From: Salinispira sp.
GTDB taxonomy: Bacteria; Spirochaetota; Spirochaetia; DSM-27196; Salinispiraceae
Assembly: GCA_965602015.1 (NCBI GenBank)
Contig: OZ271918.1
Coordinates: forward strand, 320,001-384,000
Direction: 5' to 3'
DNA length: 64,000 nucleotides
Translations under genes and position numbers: made by a program
Part shown: positions 46,972-56,749 of the stretch, one piece after another
How the letters are laid out: each line of letters begins with the position of its first letter
Position numbering within the stretch: position 1 is the stretch's first letter
Notes under the pieces: generated by a model
The model's input: the letters and a program-made list of their open reading frames with translations, nothing else
Told to the model about the DNA's origin: nothing
Databases searched by the model: none

Positions 46972-49467
46972 ATGGCTAAAGCCATAAAAGACCGTTTAAC
47001 CATAGGGGTAAAAACAACAATTATCATCGTTCTTCTATTAAGTTTTTCGATCCTCACCCTTTCAGTAATTACGCTCAGCAATGCGAATCGGACACAAATG
47101 AGCATGAGTTTCGATCAGCTCGATGCAGTTAGGGCCATAAAAACCCGTCAGATTCAAGAATTGTTCCGCAATGCCATGGAAGATCTTGCCACTGTGGCTG
47201 TGGTTACAAGTCTTGAGCAGCAAAAATCATTTGAAACCCTGAAAGCCATCCACAATGCTAAAAAGCAATTGCTGGAAGTACACCTGAGGGAAAATCCCTT
47301 CAACGCTGAGGATTTTCAAACCGAAGGCCGATTGTCCGAGCGAGTCGCAGAAATTTTTGGTGACAGAACCGGCTTGGGAGTGAGTGGAGAAAGCTACATT
47401 GTCGAGTTCATAGGCGACCGGATTTACTTCCGAAGCAACCTGGTTACCCTAGGTAACGGCAGCTTTGTTTCGGGATATGATTTGACGGACATTGCTCCCT
47501 CCTATATTCGTGAAATTCAACGCGGCGAGAGCGGTGCCGATGTTTTTACCGACACTTCAGGTGCCCTGGTTATGGTTCAATACTCGCCAGTTGAGGCTTC
47601 GGGAATAAATCTCGGGATTGTGACGAAATATAATCTGGAAGAGGCGCTGTCAGCGGAAATAGAGGGGCTCTCAGATGATTACTACACCAACTTTATTGAC
47701 AGCAAGGGATATTATGATCTCTTTCTTATTCATCCGTCGGGTTCCATTTTCTACTCGGTGGGACAGGAAGCTGACTACGGAACAAATATTTTAACCGGAG
47801 AATACCGGGATTCTAGTCTGAACCGCGCAGTGTCGGAAGCTATTAGTACACAAGATATTGCCTTCGGGGACTTTCGTCCCTATGAGCCATCGGGAAATCA
47901 ACCAGCGGCGTTTGTTGCGATTCCGCTAATGCATCATGGATCAATTGAACTGATAGTTGCCCTGCAACTGTCTATTACCAGAATCAATCAGATTATGCAG
48001 GAACGTACCGGAATGGGCGAGAGCGGAGAAACCTACCTCGTAGGGTCTGACCGTCTTATGAGATCGGACTCCTTTCTTGATCCGGTAAATCATAGCGTTG
48101 TGGCATCATTTGCAAATCCGACATTGGGATCTGTGCGGACAGAGGCAAGTCTGAGGGCTTTGAATCAGGAAACCGCTCGGGACATTATTATTGATTACAA
48201 CGGAAATCCCGTACTCTCGTCATTCGAGCCCGTCCATATATTCGACACCACCTGGGCAATTTTGGCCGAAATCGATGAACGAGAAATCCGGGCACCGATT
48301 CTCCGGGCAGCGAGATTTATCATTATATCCGCCTTGATGGTTTTAGTGCTCAGCGTAGTACTGTCTGTTCTGTATTCCCGTTCTTTGTCCGCACCGATAA
48401 AGCAGCTAATGAAGGGAGCGATGGATCTTTCGAAGGGCGATATCGCTCTGAGCAATGTGGACATGAAAAAATTCGCAGGAATGAGAAAACGAAGGGATGA
48501 AATTGGTTCAATCTCTAATGCGTTTTCGGAGCTCATTGAATATCAGCGAAATAAATCGGATGTCGCGAAGGCAATTGCCTCCAAAAATCTTGTTGTTGAT
48601 GTTTCATTAAGTTCGGAGAAAGACGAGCTCGGCAGATCCTTCAGGGATATGCTGGAAGCATTAAAAAATCTCATCGGTATTGCTTCCAGTGCCTCGTCAA
48701 ATGTGTCATCCGGGTCCGATCAGGTCAGTCTGGCTAGTCAGGAATTAAGCTCAGGCGCAACCGAGCAGGCGAGCAGTATAGAAGAGATTTCCAGCGCCAT
48801 GTCGGAAGTCAGCAGCCAGGCCAGTGTGAATGCAAAAAACGCCACTGAAGCCATGAAAGTGGCCAGCGACGCCAAGGAACGGGCTAACGAGGGTTTGAGC
48901 GAGATGAAAGAGCTTCTTTCAATCATGTCTGAAATAAATGAATCGGCTGCGGAAATTAGTTCGGTGGTGAAAATAATCGATGACATCGCTTTTCAGATTA
49001 ATCTATTGGCACTCAATGCAAATGTCGAGGCAGCCAGGGCGGGAAAATACGGAAAAGGATTCGCCGTTGTGGCCGATGAAGTCAGAAATCTCGCAAATCG
49101 AAGCGCCGAAGCGGTAAAAAGCACTGCGCAGATGGTTTCGCAAACGGTTTCCGCGATTCAGCGCGGAAATACGGCTACCCAAAACACCGATCGTCAGCTC
49201 GATGGAATTGTGGAGGCCATAGCAAAAGTTGCAATTCAGCTTCAGGAAATTATGGATTCAAGTCAGGAGCAGGCGCAGGTCATCAACCAGGCGGCCAAAG
49301 GTCTGGATCAGATTAGCGAAACTACCCAATCCACTACCGCCAGTGCTGAAGAATCAGCCGCGGCTTCCGAGCAGCTTGCCAGCCAGGCTATGGAACTCCG
49401 TTCCATAATATCCGAGTTCACCGTTGAAGAAAGTGAGATGCGTCTGATAGAGGACCGCCGCAGTTAA
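46972..49467 (+). CDS. Methyl-accepting chemotaxis protein with Cache-type sensor domains
   Basis: Two TM segments, HAMP (RRDEIG), IAFQINLLALNANVEAARAG..GKGFAVVADEVRNLA signalling hairpin. Confidence 0.95.
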   Translation: MAKAIKDRLTIGVKTTIIIVLLLSFSILTLSVITLSNANRTQMSMSFDQLDAVRAIKTRQIQELFRNAMEDLATVAVVTSLEQQKSFETLKAIHNAKKQLLEVHLRENPFNAEDFQTEGRLSERVAEIFGDRTGLGVSGESYIVEFIGDRIYFRSNLVTLGNGSFVSGYDLTDIAPSYIREIQRGESGADVFTDTSGALVMVQYSPVEASGINLGIVTKYNLEEALSAEIEGLSDDYYTNFIDSKGYYDLFLIHPSGSIFYSVGQEADYGTNILTGEYRDSSLNRAVSEAISTQDIAFGDFRPYEPSGNQPAAFVAIPLMHHGSIELIVALQLSITRINQIMQERTGMGESGETYLVGSDRLMRSDSFLDPVNHSVVASFANPTLGSVRTEASLRALNQETARDIIIDYNGNPVLSSFEPVHIFDTTWAILAEIDEREIRAPILRAARFIIISALMVLVLSVVLSVLYSRSLSAPIKQLMKGAMDLSKGDIALSNVDMKKFAGMRKRRDEIGSISNAFSELIEYQRNKSDVAKAIASKNLVVDVSLSSEKDELGRSFRDMLEALKNLIGIASSASSNVSSGSDQVSLASQELSSGATEQASSIEEISSAMSEVSSQASVNAKNATEAMKVASDAKERANEGLSEMKELLSIMSEINESAAEISSVVKIIDDIAFQINLLALNANVEAARAGKYGKGFAVVADEVRNLANRSAEAVKSTAQMVSQTVSAIQRGNTATQNTDRQLDGIVEAIAKVAIQLQEIMDSSQEQAQVINQAAKGLDQISETTQSTTASAEESAAASEQLASQAMELRSIISEFTVEESEMRLIEDRRS

Positions 49468-49533
49468 GCAAAAAAATGAGACCCAATCTGCCGCCAGCCC
49501 GGCTGAGTCCATACCTGAGGTAATTCTCGCGGG

Positions 49534-49809
49534 TTATTTCCGCCCCGTCAGCTTGATAAGATGGTAGCCGAACTGGGTCTTGACTACGCCGCTCAGCCTG
49601 CCGGGACTGAGTTTTGAGCATGCTTTTTCGAATTCCGGGACCATTTTGCCCGGGCCGAACCAGCCCAAATCACCGCCCTTGCTTTTTGAGGGGCAGGTTG
49701 AAAAATCTTTCGCCAGGGCTTCAAAACGGGCGCCGCCCTTCAACTGCTTGAGAATCCGCTCGGCCAGGCTCTTGTCTTTTACCAGAATGTGACTTGCTCG
49801 ATATTCCAT
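49534..49809 (-). CDS. ppiC: Parvulin peptidyl-prolyl isomerase
   Basis: ASHILVK, S.CPS...GGDLGWF..G.MVPEFE and VKTQFGYHLI motifs. Confidence 0.93.
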   Translation of the reverse strand: MEYRASHILVKDKSLAERILKQLKGGARFEALAKDFSTCPSKSKGGDLGWFGPGKMVPEFEKACSKLSPGRLSGVVKTQFGYHLIKLTGRK

Positions 49810-49907
49810 GCTGAAGAATATACCTTCTGGTCTGTCAGGGTTCAAGATTGATTGCAACGGCCTGCCCTTCCGGCGATGGAGAAAACTGTTCTGCGTTTTT
49901 TAGATAA

Positions 49908-50051
49908 TGCCCCGAAAACAGCTGATTTAAACCCTCTAACATTTATATCAGACAGGATTTAACCGCTGTCCACCGCATGCAGAGGTAAATACTATGGTTA
50001 ATCATTCTCGTACCGTGTTTTAGCACTCGCAAATCAGCTGTTTTCGGGGCA
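49908..50051. mobile_element. MITE (144 bp)
   Basis: Perfect IR tgccccgaaaacagctgattt; internal similarity to the 22295 and 4328 copies; offset direct repeat cgttttt. Confidence 0.9.
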
Positions 50052-50053
50052 GT

Positions 50054-50350
50054 TCACCGTTTTTGCAGCCAGCTGACAAATCTCCTGATTTCCGGTTCGG
50101 CTTCAAGGGCATCCAGGGTGTTTAAACGCCTGCCAAGTTCTTTTTCGCTGAAGTGCCGATGAATGTGTTCATGGCAGTCCTTGCACAGGTCTATGCCTCT
50201 TGTGCGCATATCCATCGGGTCAAAATTCTTGCGGAACCATTTATTCCTGTGGCATGTCCGGGGAATGAGATGGTGAAAGGAAAGAGGTTTGACCCTGCCG
50301 CATAATCTGCAGGACTCTCCGGTTTTTTCTGGACGGGTATTCACTGGCAT
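50054..50350 (-). CDS. Small HNH-like zinc-binding protein (YisB-like)
   Basis: C.LCGR....HHLIPR...LC..CH..IH..FS.KEL...NTL motif. Confidence 0.8.
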   Translation of the reverse strand: MPVNTRPEKTGESCRLCGRVKPLSFHHLIPRTCHRNKWFRKNFDPMDMRTRGIDLCKDCHEHIHRHFSEKELGRRLNTLDALEAEPEIRRFVSWLQKR

Positions 50351-50460
50351 GCTTAAGAAAGTACCGCCGAGGTCCCTTCCGCGGCAAATACCGGTGCGGA
50401 GCATTCTCTCTTGCCATGAGCGCCGGCGGGAGCGAGAATGAGGTATGAGGAGACGCAGAA

Positions 50461-50973
50461 ATGGAAAACAGCGGTGAAATGATTTCACGGGGGGATATCC
50501 TCGAAGATATTCGCACACTTTTTTTGGAGGCCGCAGTGGGCCCTGAGGATCCCAGGGAAACCTGGTTCACCGATAATGAAGAGGGATCGGGCATTCTCGG
50601 ATCGGTGGGTCAGCTCAGCGCGAAAGCGGCATTTTCCGAAAAGGTTCCCGGCCTGGACAGCATTGCAGCTCATGTTCAGCATGTGAGCTTTTTCGTAAAT
50701 CTGGCTGTTCGGGCGTATCGGGGTGATAATGCTTATGAAGGGGCTGACTGGACCGGCAGCTGGAAAATCCGTGAAAAAACACCTTCGGAGTGGCAGCGCA
50801 TCCTCAATGAACTTGAATCGGCGGTGAACAACATCAGCGCAGAACTAAAGCGCGGAATTGACCTCGATGTTTTCCCCATACGGCGGGGCAGCATGGCTCT
50901 GGTGGCCCACTGCGCATGGCATCTCGGAGCCATCCGGCAGCTGCTGGTGCTTGTCAATTCTCCCGGGCAGTAA
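50461..50973 (+). CDS. DinB-like protein
   Basis: SIAAHV.H and AHCAWHLGAIRQ motifs. Confidence 0.75.
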   Translation: MENSGEMISRGDILEDIRTLFLEAAVGPEDPRETWFTDNEEGSGILGSVGQLSAKAAFSEKVPGLDSIAAHVQHVSFFVNLAVRAYRGDNAYEGADWTGSWKIREKTPSEWQRILNELESAVNNISAELKRGIDLDVFPIRRGSMALVAHCAWHLGAIRQLLVLVNSPGQ

Positions 50974-51793
50974 GGGACTCATCTCCAATTACGATTTTCT
51001 TCAAGCCCGCAAGCCATGGCGCCAGGGCACCGTCGTGCTTGATATGAGCCTTGTCGTCTGCCCTTGTGGGGCCCAGGTTTATTACTGCAAGAGTCTTTCC
51101 CTTTTTTACCGCATGCTCGGCGAATCGCAGCCCCGAGCGGACTGTGAGCGATGAGCCGAGCACAAGCAATACATCCGCTTCATCGACCAGGGCATAGGAT
51201 TGATCCACCCGCGGCCGGGGCACATTCTCACCGAAAAAAACCACATCGGGTTTTATCGTTCCCCCGCAGAACCTGCAGGAAGGAGGGTGAAAGCCCCGGC
51301 TTTCCTCACGGCCGATAATAGCGTCTCCGTCGGGGGTGATGGTCGCCAGGCGATCCGTCCAAGCGGGATTGCTTTCGATCATCCGATCCTGCAAATCCTG
51401 TCGGTCTTCCATTTTACCGCAGTCCAGGCAGACGACCCGCCTGAGGCTGCCGTGAAGCTCAACTATCTCCCGGCTCCCCGCTTTGTAGTGAAGGTGATCC
51501 ACGTTCTGGGTTATTATTCCGATGACGACCTCGTGGTTTTCCAGTTCCGCAAGCGCCCTGTGAGATTCGTTCGGTTCCCGGTCTCTGATCCAGGGCCAGC
51601 CGATGGCCGACCGGGCCCAGTAATAGCGTCGGAAATCCGGAGAGCTCAGGAACTGCTTTATGGTCAGCGGGGATGAAGGGCGTCTGCGGCCGGTCTCTCC
51701 CCGGTAGTCGGGAATGCCCGAATCGGTGCTGATTCCCGCGCCGCTGAGCACGGCGATGGATTTATCAATAAATGCGGCATAGCTGTTGTCCAT
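50954..51793 (-). CDS. cobB: Sirtuin NAD-dependent deacylase (class II/SIRT4-like)
   Basis: GAGISTDSGIPDYRG, R.YWARS..GW, TQNVD.LH, ELHG and KPDVVFFGE motifs. Confidence 0.9.
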   Translation of the reverse strand: MDNSYAAFIDKSIAVLSGAGISTDSGIPDYRGETGRRRPSSPLTIKQFLSSPDFRRYYWARSAIGWPWIRDREPNESHRALAELENHEVVIGIITQNVDHLHYKAGSREIVELHGSLRRVVCLDCGKMEDRQDLQDRMIESNPAWTDRLATITPDGDAIIGREESRGFHPPSCRFCGGTIKPDVVFFGENVPRPRVDQSYALVDEADVLLVLGSSLTVRSGLRFAEHAVKKGKTLAVINLGPTRADDKAHIKHDGALAPWLAGLKKIVIGDESLTAREN

Positions 51794-51888
51794 CGCCTAA
51801 ATATAGCACTTCAACAGCCAGTCGTGGACCGGCTGCTGTGCGGCCCTTCATCCTTGACCCGGGCCCGGGGCTGACCTATGCTCATCAC

Positions 51889-54378
51889 ATGTACGTTACG
51901 AAATTCCCCAGTCCGGATAATTACCGACCCGTCGGAATGAGCGAAGATGGAAGCGAAAGCAGCTGGTACCGCCGGGATGACAACATCCTTGCGCTCACCA
52001 TCAGAAACCAGCGCTGGGACGCCGATGACGGATTACTGGATTTTAGTCCGGAAGGCCGCCAGGAATACCGAATGGTGGAGCCCTCGGATGCGCCGGAACC
52101 CGCTGTATCAGATCCGGATGCGCCAGAACCCACCGCATCAGATCCGCAAGCGCCGGAGGCCGCTCCTTTGAGCACGGGTGCGCCGAAGCCCGACGGGGGA
52201 GGCGAAGTCCTGCCGGGTATTTATCCCAGTCATACCGGAGATGGCGGAGTCGCCATCAACTGGAACGGCGAGGCCCTCTTGCAAACAACCGGTTTGAGCA
52301 TTGGAGGTCCCGAGGGCCGCTCCTGGATTCTGAGTTTTCACCACAATCCTGATTACTCATTCTACGGCCTTGGTGAAAAGAACGGCAGTCTGGAGCACAG
52401 CGGCCGTCAGACCACATTCTGGAATACCGATGTGATGGGGGATTTTCCAGGCGAATGGATAACCGAGGGACTTCCGGACCCCCTGTACATTTCAATTCCT
52501 TATGTCCTCATCCGCTGCGACAAAACCCGCTGGATCGGCGTGTTTTCCGACAACATGTACCGCAGTCACATGTCCCTGGGCGCAAACCCCCATATCGAAC
52601 TTATTGAACACCGGGATGTGCCGGCCCAGTTTTTCATCGCCGCCGAGGACGGAACCCCTCGGCTGCACTTTATCGCCGGAGATAGTCCGTCTCAGGTGAC
52701 CAGAAGCGTATACCGGCTTCTTGGCCGCCACGAACGACCGCCCCTGTGGTCCCTCGGTCATCATCAAAGCCGCTGGGGCTATGCATCCCGGGACGATTTG
52801 CTGGCCGTCCGCCATGGCTACGCCGAACACAAAATCCCTAATGACGGGTTGTGGCTCGATATCGATTACATGGACGGATACCGGGTCTTCACGTTTAATT
52901 CGGATCACTTTCCCTCGGTCCAAAGCGACCTGGAGACAATCCAGGCGGAGGGTCAGTACGTGATACCCATTCTCGACCCCGGGGTAAAACGCGATCCCGC
53001 CTATGCTGTGTATAACGAGGGGCATGAACAGGGGTATTTCTGCCGAAATTCCGCCGGCGGCGAGTACGTGGGCTATGTTTGGCCGGGAGAAACCGTATTT
53101 CCCGACTTTTCCCTGGAAACCGTGCGGCGGTGGTGGGCGTCCCATGTCGCCCGGCTTATCCGCCTCGGGATTCGCGGTTTTTGGGTTGATATGAACGAAC
53201 CGGCCACCGGCAGCGCCGATCCCATGGAAATGCGCTTCAGGAATGGAAGCATGCCTCACGGCTACTTTCACAACAGTTACGCCCTCGGAATGCAGCAGGC
53301 GACTCATCTGGGGTTCCAGAATGCCGCTCCGGATCTGCGCCCCTTTATCCTCAGCAGGGCGGGGAGTCCGGGTACTTCCCGGTATGCCGCAGTGTGGCTG
53401 GGAGACAGTGTCAGCAACTATCATCACCTCGCCCAGGCGCTTGTCACCGGCATGAACCTCGGACTTTCGGGGATTGCCATCTGGGGCGCCGATGTACCGG
53501 GCTTCGCCGGAGATGCCGACGGTCAGCTTGCCCTCGACTGGTATAAGTCGGCCTTCCTCCAGCCCTTCTTGAGAAACCATTCCTGTCTAGGCACCGCCGA
53601 TCAGGAGCCCTGGCAGTTCGGCAGCAGCGTGCGCCGGGCAATTACCCGGTATATCAGGCTGCGCTACCGCTTTCTGCCTTACCTCTACAACCTTCATATA
53701 CTGCAGGAGGAGCGGGGCGAACCCCTTCTCACGCCCCTGTGGTATCACTTTCCCGAGGTCTGGTCCGAATGCCCCAATACGTCTGATCAGTTTATGGTGG
53801 GATCAGGGGTAATGCAGGCGCCATTTGTGCAGGCCGAACAGCAGAAGCGGGATGTCTATTTGCCGCCCGGCGGCTGGTACGACGCCGCGGAAGGCCGCTG
53901 GCGAAGCGGCGGGCGCAACATCGTCTGCGAACGGGACCATACAGCGACGCCCCTGTTTTTCCGGGAGCACAGCGCCATTGTTCTGCAGGCCGGCACGAGG
54001 AAAAGCAATAAGAATGATCTTTCGAACATCGAAATCCATGTCATCCTGCGGAAAAAATCAAAGGGCAGCGTGAAGGGCCGGTATGTCAGCGATGACGGGC
54101 TCACCCGGGGATACACCCGGGGAAATGAAACCCGGGTGGAATATACCCTAAAAGCCCGGGGAGATAGTCTCGATGTCACCCTGGAGCATCGATTGCAGGG
54201 CCACGGTCCCCTGCGGATTGCTCTGGTTCTCTACGACGATTTTGAGAGCGTTATTCTGAATTCCTCCAGCGGAAAACTGCACAACAAAAAACCAGCGGTA
54301 AAGGAAATTCGCGAAAATTATGTCGGTAGTGATCTTTCCCTTCGCCGGACCAAGAGTTTCCTTTTTATCCTGAGATAG
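51889..54378 (+). CDS. GH31 alpha-glucosidase
   Basis: YGLGEK, WLDIDYM, WVDMNEP nucleophile, W.GD, GADVPGF and LRNH motifs. Confidence 0.92.
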   Translation: MYVTKFPSPDNYRPVGMSEDGSESSWYRRDDNILALTIRNQRWDADDGLLDFSPEGRQEYRMVEPSDAPEPAVSDPDAPEPTASDPQAPEAAPLSTGAPKPDGGGEVLPGIYPSHTGDGGVAINWNGEALLQTTGLSIGGPEGRSWILSFHHNPDYSFYGLGEKNGSLEHSGRQTTFWNTDVMGDFPGEWITEGLPDPLYISIPYVLIRCDKTRWIGVFSDNMYRSHMSLGANPHIELIEHRDVPAQFFIAAEDGTPRLHFIAGDSPSQVTRSVYRLLGRHERPPLWSLGHHQSRWGYASRDDLLAVRHGYAEHKIPNDGLWLDIDYMDGYRVFTFNSDHFPSVQSDLETIQAEGQYVIPILDPGVKRDPAYAVYNEGHEQGYFCRNSAGGEYVGYVWPGETVFPDFSLETVRRWWASHVARLIRLGIRGFWVDMNEPATGSADPMEMRFRNGSMPHGYFHNSYALGMQQATHLGFQNAAPDLRPFILSRAGSPGTSRYAAVWLGDSVSNYHHLAQALVTGMNLGLSGIAIWGADVPGFAGDADGQLALDWYKSAFLQPFLRNHSCLGTADQEPWQFGSSVRRAITRYIRLRYRFLPYLYNLHILQEERGEPLLTPLWYHFPEVWSECPNTSDQFMVGSGVMQAPFVQAEQQKRDVYLPPGGWYDAAEGRWRSGGRNIVCERDHTATPLFFREHSAIVLQAGTRKSNKNDLSNIEIHVILRKKSKGSVKGRYVSDDGLTRGYTRGNETRVEYTLKARGDSLDVTLEHRLQGHGPLRIALVLYDDFESVILNSSSGKLHNKKPAVKEIRENYVGSDLSLRRTKSFLFILR
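52084..52163 (+). repeat. In-frame 30-bp tandem repeat (about 2.7 copies)
   Basis: Encodes SDAPEPAVSD-PDAPEPTASD-PQAPEA. Confidence 0.8.
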
Positions 54379-54422
54379 CCCGCTTGACTTTTGAGACCGG
54401 CGGACGTACTATCTGATACACA

Positions 54423-54503
54423 ACCTGGGGAGCTGGGAAACCGGCTGAGAGGAAGCACGCGCTTCGACCCGCGACCTGATCTGGATAATGCCAGCGTAGG
54501 GAA
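54423..54503 (+). ncRNA. TPP riboswitch
   Basis: GGGGAGC...CTGAGA...GACCC...ACCTGATCTGGATAATGCCAGCGTAGGGA consensus; upstream of thiamine-related genes. Confidence 0.96.
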
Positions 54504-54536
54504 TATATTTGCCGCTCCTGCGGCGGAAACCATTCC

Positions 54537-54570
54537 CCCAACGCCGTTTTGCGCGCAGTTGGGTTTTTTT
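54537..54570 (+). terminator. Expression-platform terminator of the TPP riboswitch
   Basis: cccaac...gttggg followed by T7. Confidence 0.65.
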
Positions 54571-54663
54571 ATATCCATCCGGTCCGGTTATAGACTCCCC
54601 GTATTTTTTTACAGGCAGCCCGCCGCGAGTTCTCGCACGGACGGAGTTGCCGGAGGAGTTAGT

Positions 54664-54954
54664 ATGGAACCCGATGTGCACCTGAGTCTTCAGATTCTCC
54701 CGGCTGTCGATCAGGCCGAGCTGTATCCCACCATCGATAAGGTCATCGATTATATAGCCGCCAGCGGTTATCCCCACTGGGTGGGACCCATGGAAACCAC
54801 CATCCAGGGACCCCTGAGCGAACTACTTAACATTGTGAAAGAGGCCCAGAAAATCTGTGAAGAAGCGGGAGCGGAGCGCATAATTTCCTTCGTCAAAATC
54901 GATTACAAGACCCACGGTGTGAAATATGAAGAAAAAATGGCCCGTTACCGGTAG
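54664..54954 (+). CDS. Thiamine-binding protein (YkoF/MTH1187 family)
   Basis: QILP...IDKVI.YI..SG....VGPMETTI.G...KID motif; RBS ggagga. Confidence 0.88.
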   Translation: MEPDVHLSLQILPAVDQAELYPTIDKVIDYIAASGYPHWVGPMETTIQGPLSELLNIVKEAQKICEEAGAERIISFVKIDYKTHGVKYEEKMARYR

Positions 54955-55699
54955 TTACCTGCCGGCCGCCGGGGTCGTGATTGGGCTAATCCTGCTCTGG
55001 CAGCTGGCTTCGCCGCTGTTGCCCCCGTACATACTTCCGGCGCCAAGCGCTATCGGGGCGGCTTTTGTGCAGAACTTCCCGATTATGGCCGAGCACGCCC
55101 TTTCGACTATGAACGCCGCCGCCCTGGGAATAGTCATCGCGTTGCTGCTCGCCCTGGCATCGGCGGTGCTGATGGACGCGTTTCCGCCGCTGTACGATGT
55201 GTTTTATCCCCTGGCTGTGGTCAGTCAGACCATCCCGCTCATAGCGGTTGCGCCGCTGTTTGTCCTCTGGTTCGGATTCGGTCCGGTTCCGAAGATTCTT
55301 GCGGTGATTCTCGTCTGTTTCTTTCCCATCCTCGTCAATCTTTTAAAGAGTTTTCAGTCTCTGGACCGGGAGTATGTCGAGCTGATGAGGAGCATGGGGG
55401 CGTCCCGGGCGGATATTTACCGCCACGTAAAGCTTCCCGGGACCCTGCCCTCGTTTTTCGCCGGCCTGAGAATCGCCGCGACCTATTCCATCATGGGTGC
55501 GGTCATCGGCGAGTGGCTCGGCGGAGCCGAAGGGTTAGGGGTATACCTTATCCGGAGTCAAAAATCCTTTGCGGCGGCCCGGGTGTTCGCCGCCATTCTT
55601 ATGATTATTGTGCTGAGCGCCGGTTTTTTTCTGCTTGTGATGGTCGGAGAATATCTTTTTCTTCCCTATGCCAGGCGGGACAAGGCCGAAGCGAAGTAG
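54926..55699 (+). CDS. ABC permease, ThiX-like
   Basis: QTIP.IA.APL..LWFGFG and GAVIGEWLG motifs. Confidence 0.88.
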   Translation: MKKKWPVTGSYLPAAGVVIGLILLWQLASPLLPPYILPAPSAIGAAFVQNFPIMAEHALSTMNAAALGIVIALLLALASAVLMDAFPPLYDVFYPLAVVSQTIPLIAVAPLFVLWFGFGPVPKILAVILVCFFPILVNLLKSFQSLDREYVELMRSMGASRADIYRHVKLPGTLPSFFAGLRIAATYSIMGAVIGEWLGGAEGLGVYLIRSQKSFAAARVFAAILMIIVLSAGFFLLVMVGEYLFLPYARRDKAEAK

Positions 55700-55750
55700 G
55701 GGCGGCCCGGCCGCATACCTGCGAAGATACTTACTTAAAGGAGTGCGTAC

Positions 55751-56749
55751 ATGAGACGCCTATTTTCGTTTTTATTGATAATTGTCTGGAGTATTGTTCT
55801 TTCCGGGGGGCTGTTTGCCGCCGGCAGCGGTGAAGCAGATCCTCAGGCGGAGAGCCTGATTCTGACCCTTGACTGGGTGCCGAATACCAACCATATCGGA
55901 GCCTACGTGGCCCGGGATCTGGGATATTTTGCCGAAGAGGGACTGGATGTGCGGATAGTTCAACCCGCCGAGGCCACGGCAGAGACCCTGGTGGCCGCCG
56001 GCCGTGCGGACTTCGGCTATTCATACCAGGAATCCGTGACCTTCGCCCGCACCGCTGAAGATGCCCTTCCGGTGGTCGCCCTGGCTGCGGTTATCCAGCA
56101 CAACACGTCGGGCTTCGCGTCTCCGGCGGACCGGGGCATCGAGACCCTGGCCGACCTGGTGGGCAAAATCTATGGAGGCTGGGGTTCCCCGGTGGAAACC
56201 GCCATGCTGCAGACCCTCCTGGAAAATGAGGGCGCCGGACTTGATGATATCCGGGTGCTCAACACCGGTGCCGCGGACTTCTTTGCCGCCAGTGACCGTG
56301 AAGTTGATTTTTCATGGGTTTTCGAGGGCTGGACCGTGGTCGAAGCGGAGATCCGGGGCGTCCAGCTGAACTATCTCGATCTGGCGGAACTGGATCCGGT
56401 ATTCGATTATTACACCCCGGTAATTATCGCCAGCGAGGAAACCCTGGAGGACAGACCGGAAACCGTGCGGCGCTTCCTGCGCGCCATGAGCCGGGGCTAC
56501 CAATACGCCATCAGCCGGCCGGCGGATGCTGCCGGCATTCTGGTGGAAGCGGTTCCCGAGATCAGCGCAGACCTGGCGACCGCCAGTCTGGAGTTTCTTC
56601 AGGATGAGTTTGTCGCAGAAGCGCCGCGGTGGGGATATATGCGGGAAGAGGTATGGCAGCGCTATGCCGACTGGCTCCACGACAATTCCCTGATTCCCCG
56701 GGAACTTGATGTCGATTCCAGCTATACCAATGACTTCCTCCCCCAATAA
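55751..56749 (+). CDS. ABC substrate-binding protein, ThiY/NMT1-like
   Basis: LDWVPNTNH.G.YVA, SYQE and DYYTPV motifs. Confidence 0.9.
   Translation: MRRLFSFLLIIVWSIVLSGGLFAAGSGEADPQAESLILTLDWVPNTNHIGAYVARDLGYFAEEGLDVRIVQPAEATAETLVAAGRADFGYSYQESVTFARTAEDALPVVALAAVIQHNTSGFASPADRGIETLADLVGKIYGGWGSPVETAMLQTLLENEGAGLDDIRVLNTGAADFFAASDREVDFSWVFEGWTVVEAEIRGVQLNYLDLAELDPVFDYYTPVIIASEETLEDRPETVRRFLRAMSRGYQYAISRPADAAGILVEAVPEISADLATASLEFLQDEFVAEAPRWGYMREEVWQRYADWLHDNSLIPRELDVDSSYTNDFLPQ

Noticed and set aside
50054..50350. HNH-like protein as the MITE mobiliser or a defence nuclease
   Set aside because: A common small YisB-like family; its adjacency matches the MITE tendency to sit next to stop codons
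43450..51793. Macro domain plus sirtuin as an ADP-ribosylation or defence system
   Set aside because: About 7 kb apart, on opposite strands, with unrelated genes between; both look like housekeeping classes
52492..53580. Long antisense ORFs (also 692-1510, 43984-44898, 57333-58223)
   Set aside because: Shadow or alternative-frame ORFs of well-supported genes in GC-rich DNA, with no motifs
54391..54663. N-terminal extension of the thiamine-binding protein in the ORF track
   Set aside because: It runs through the TPP riboswitch; the real start with an RBS is at 54664
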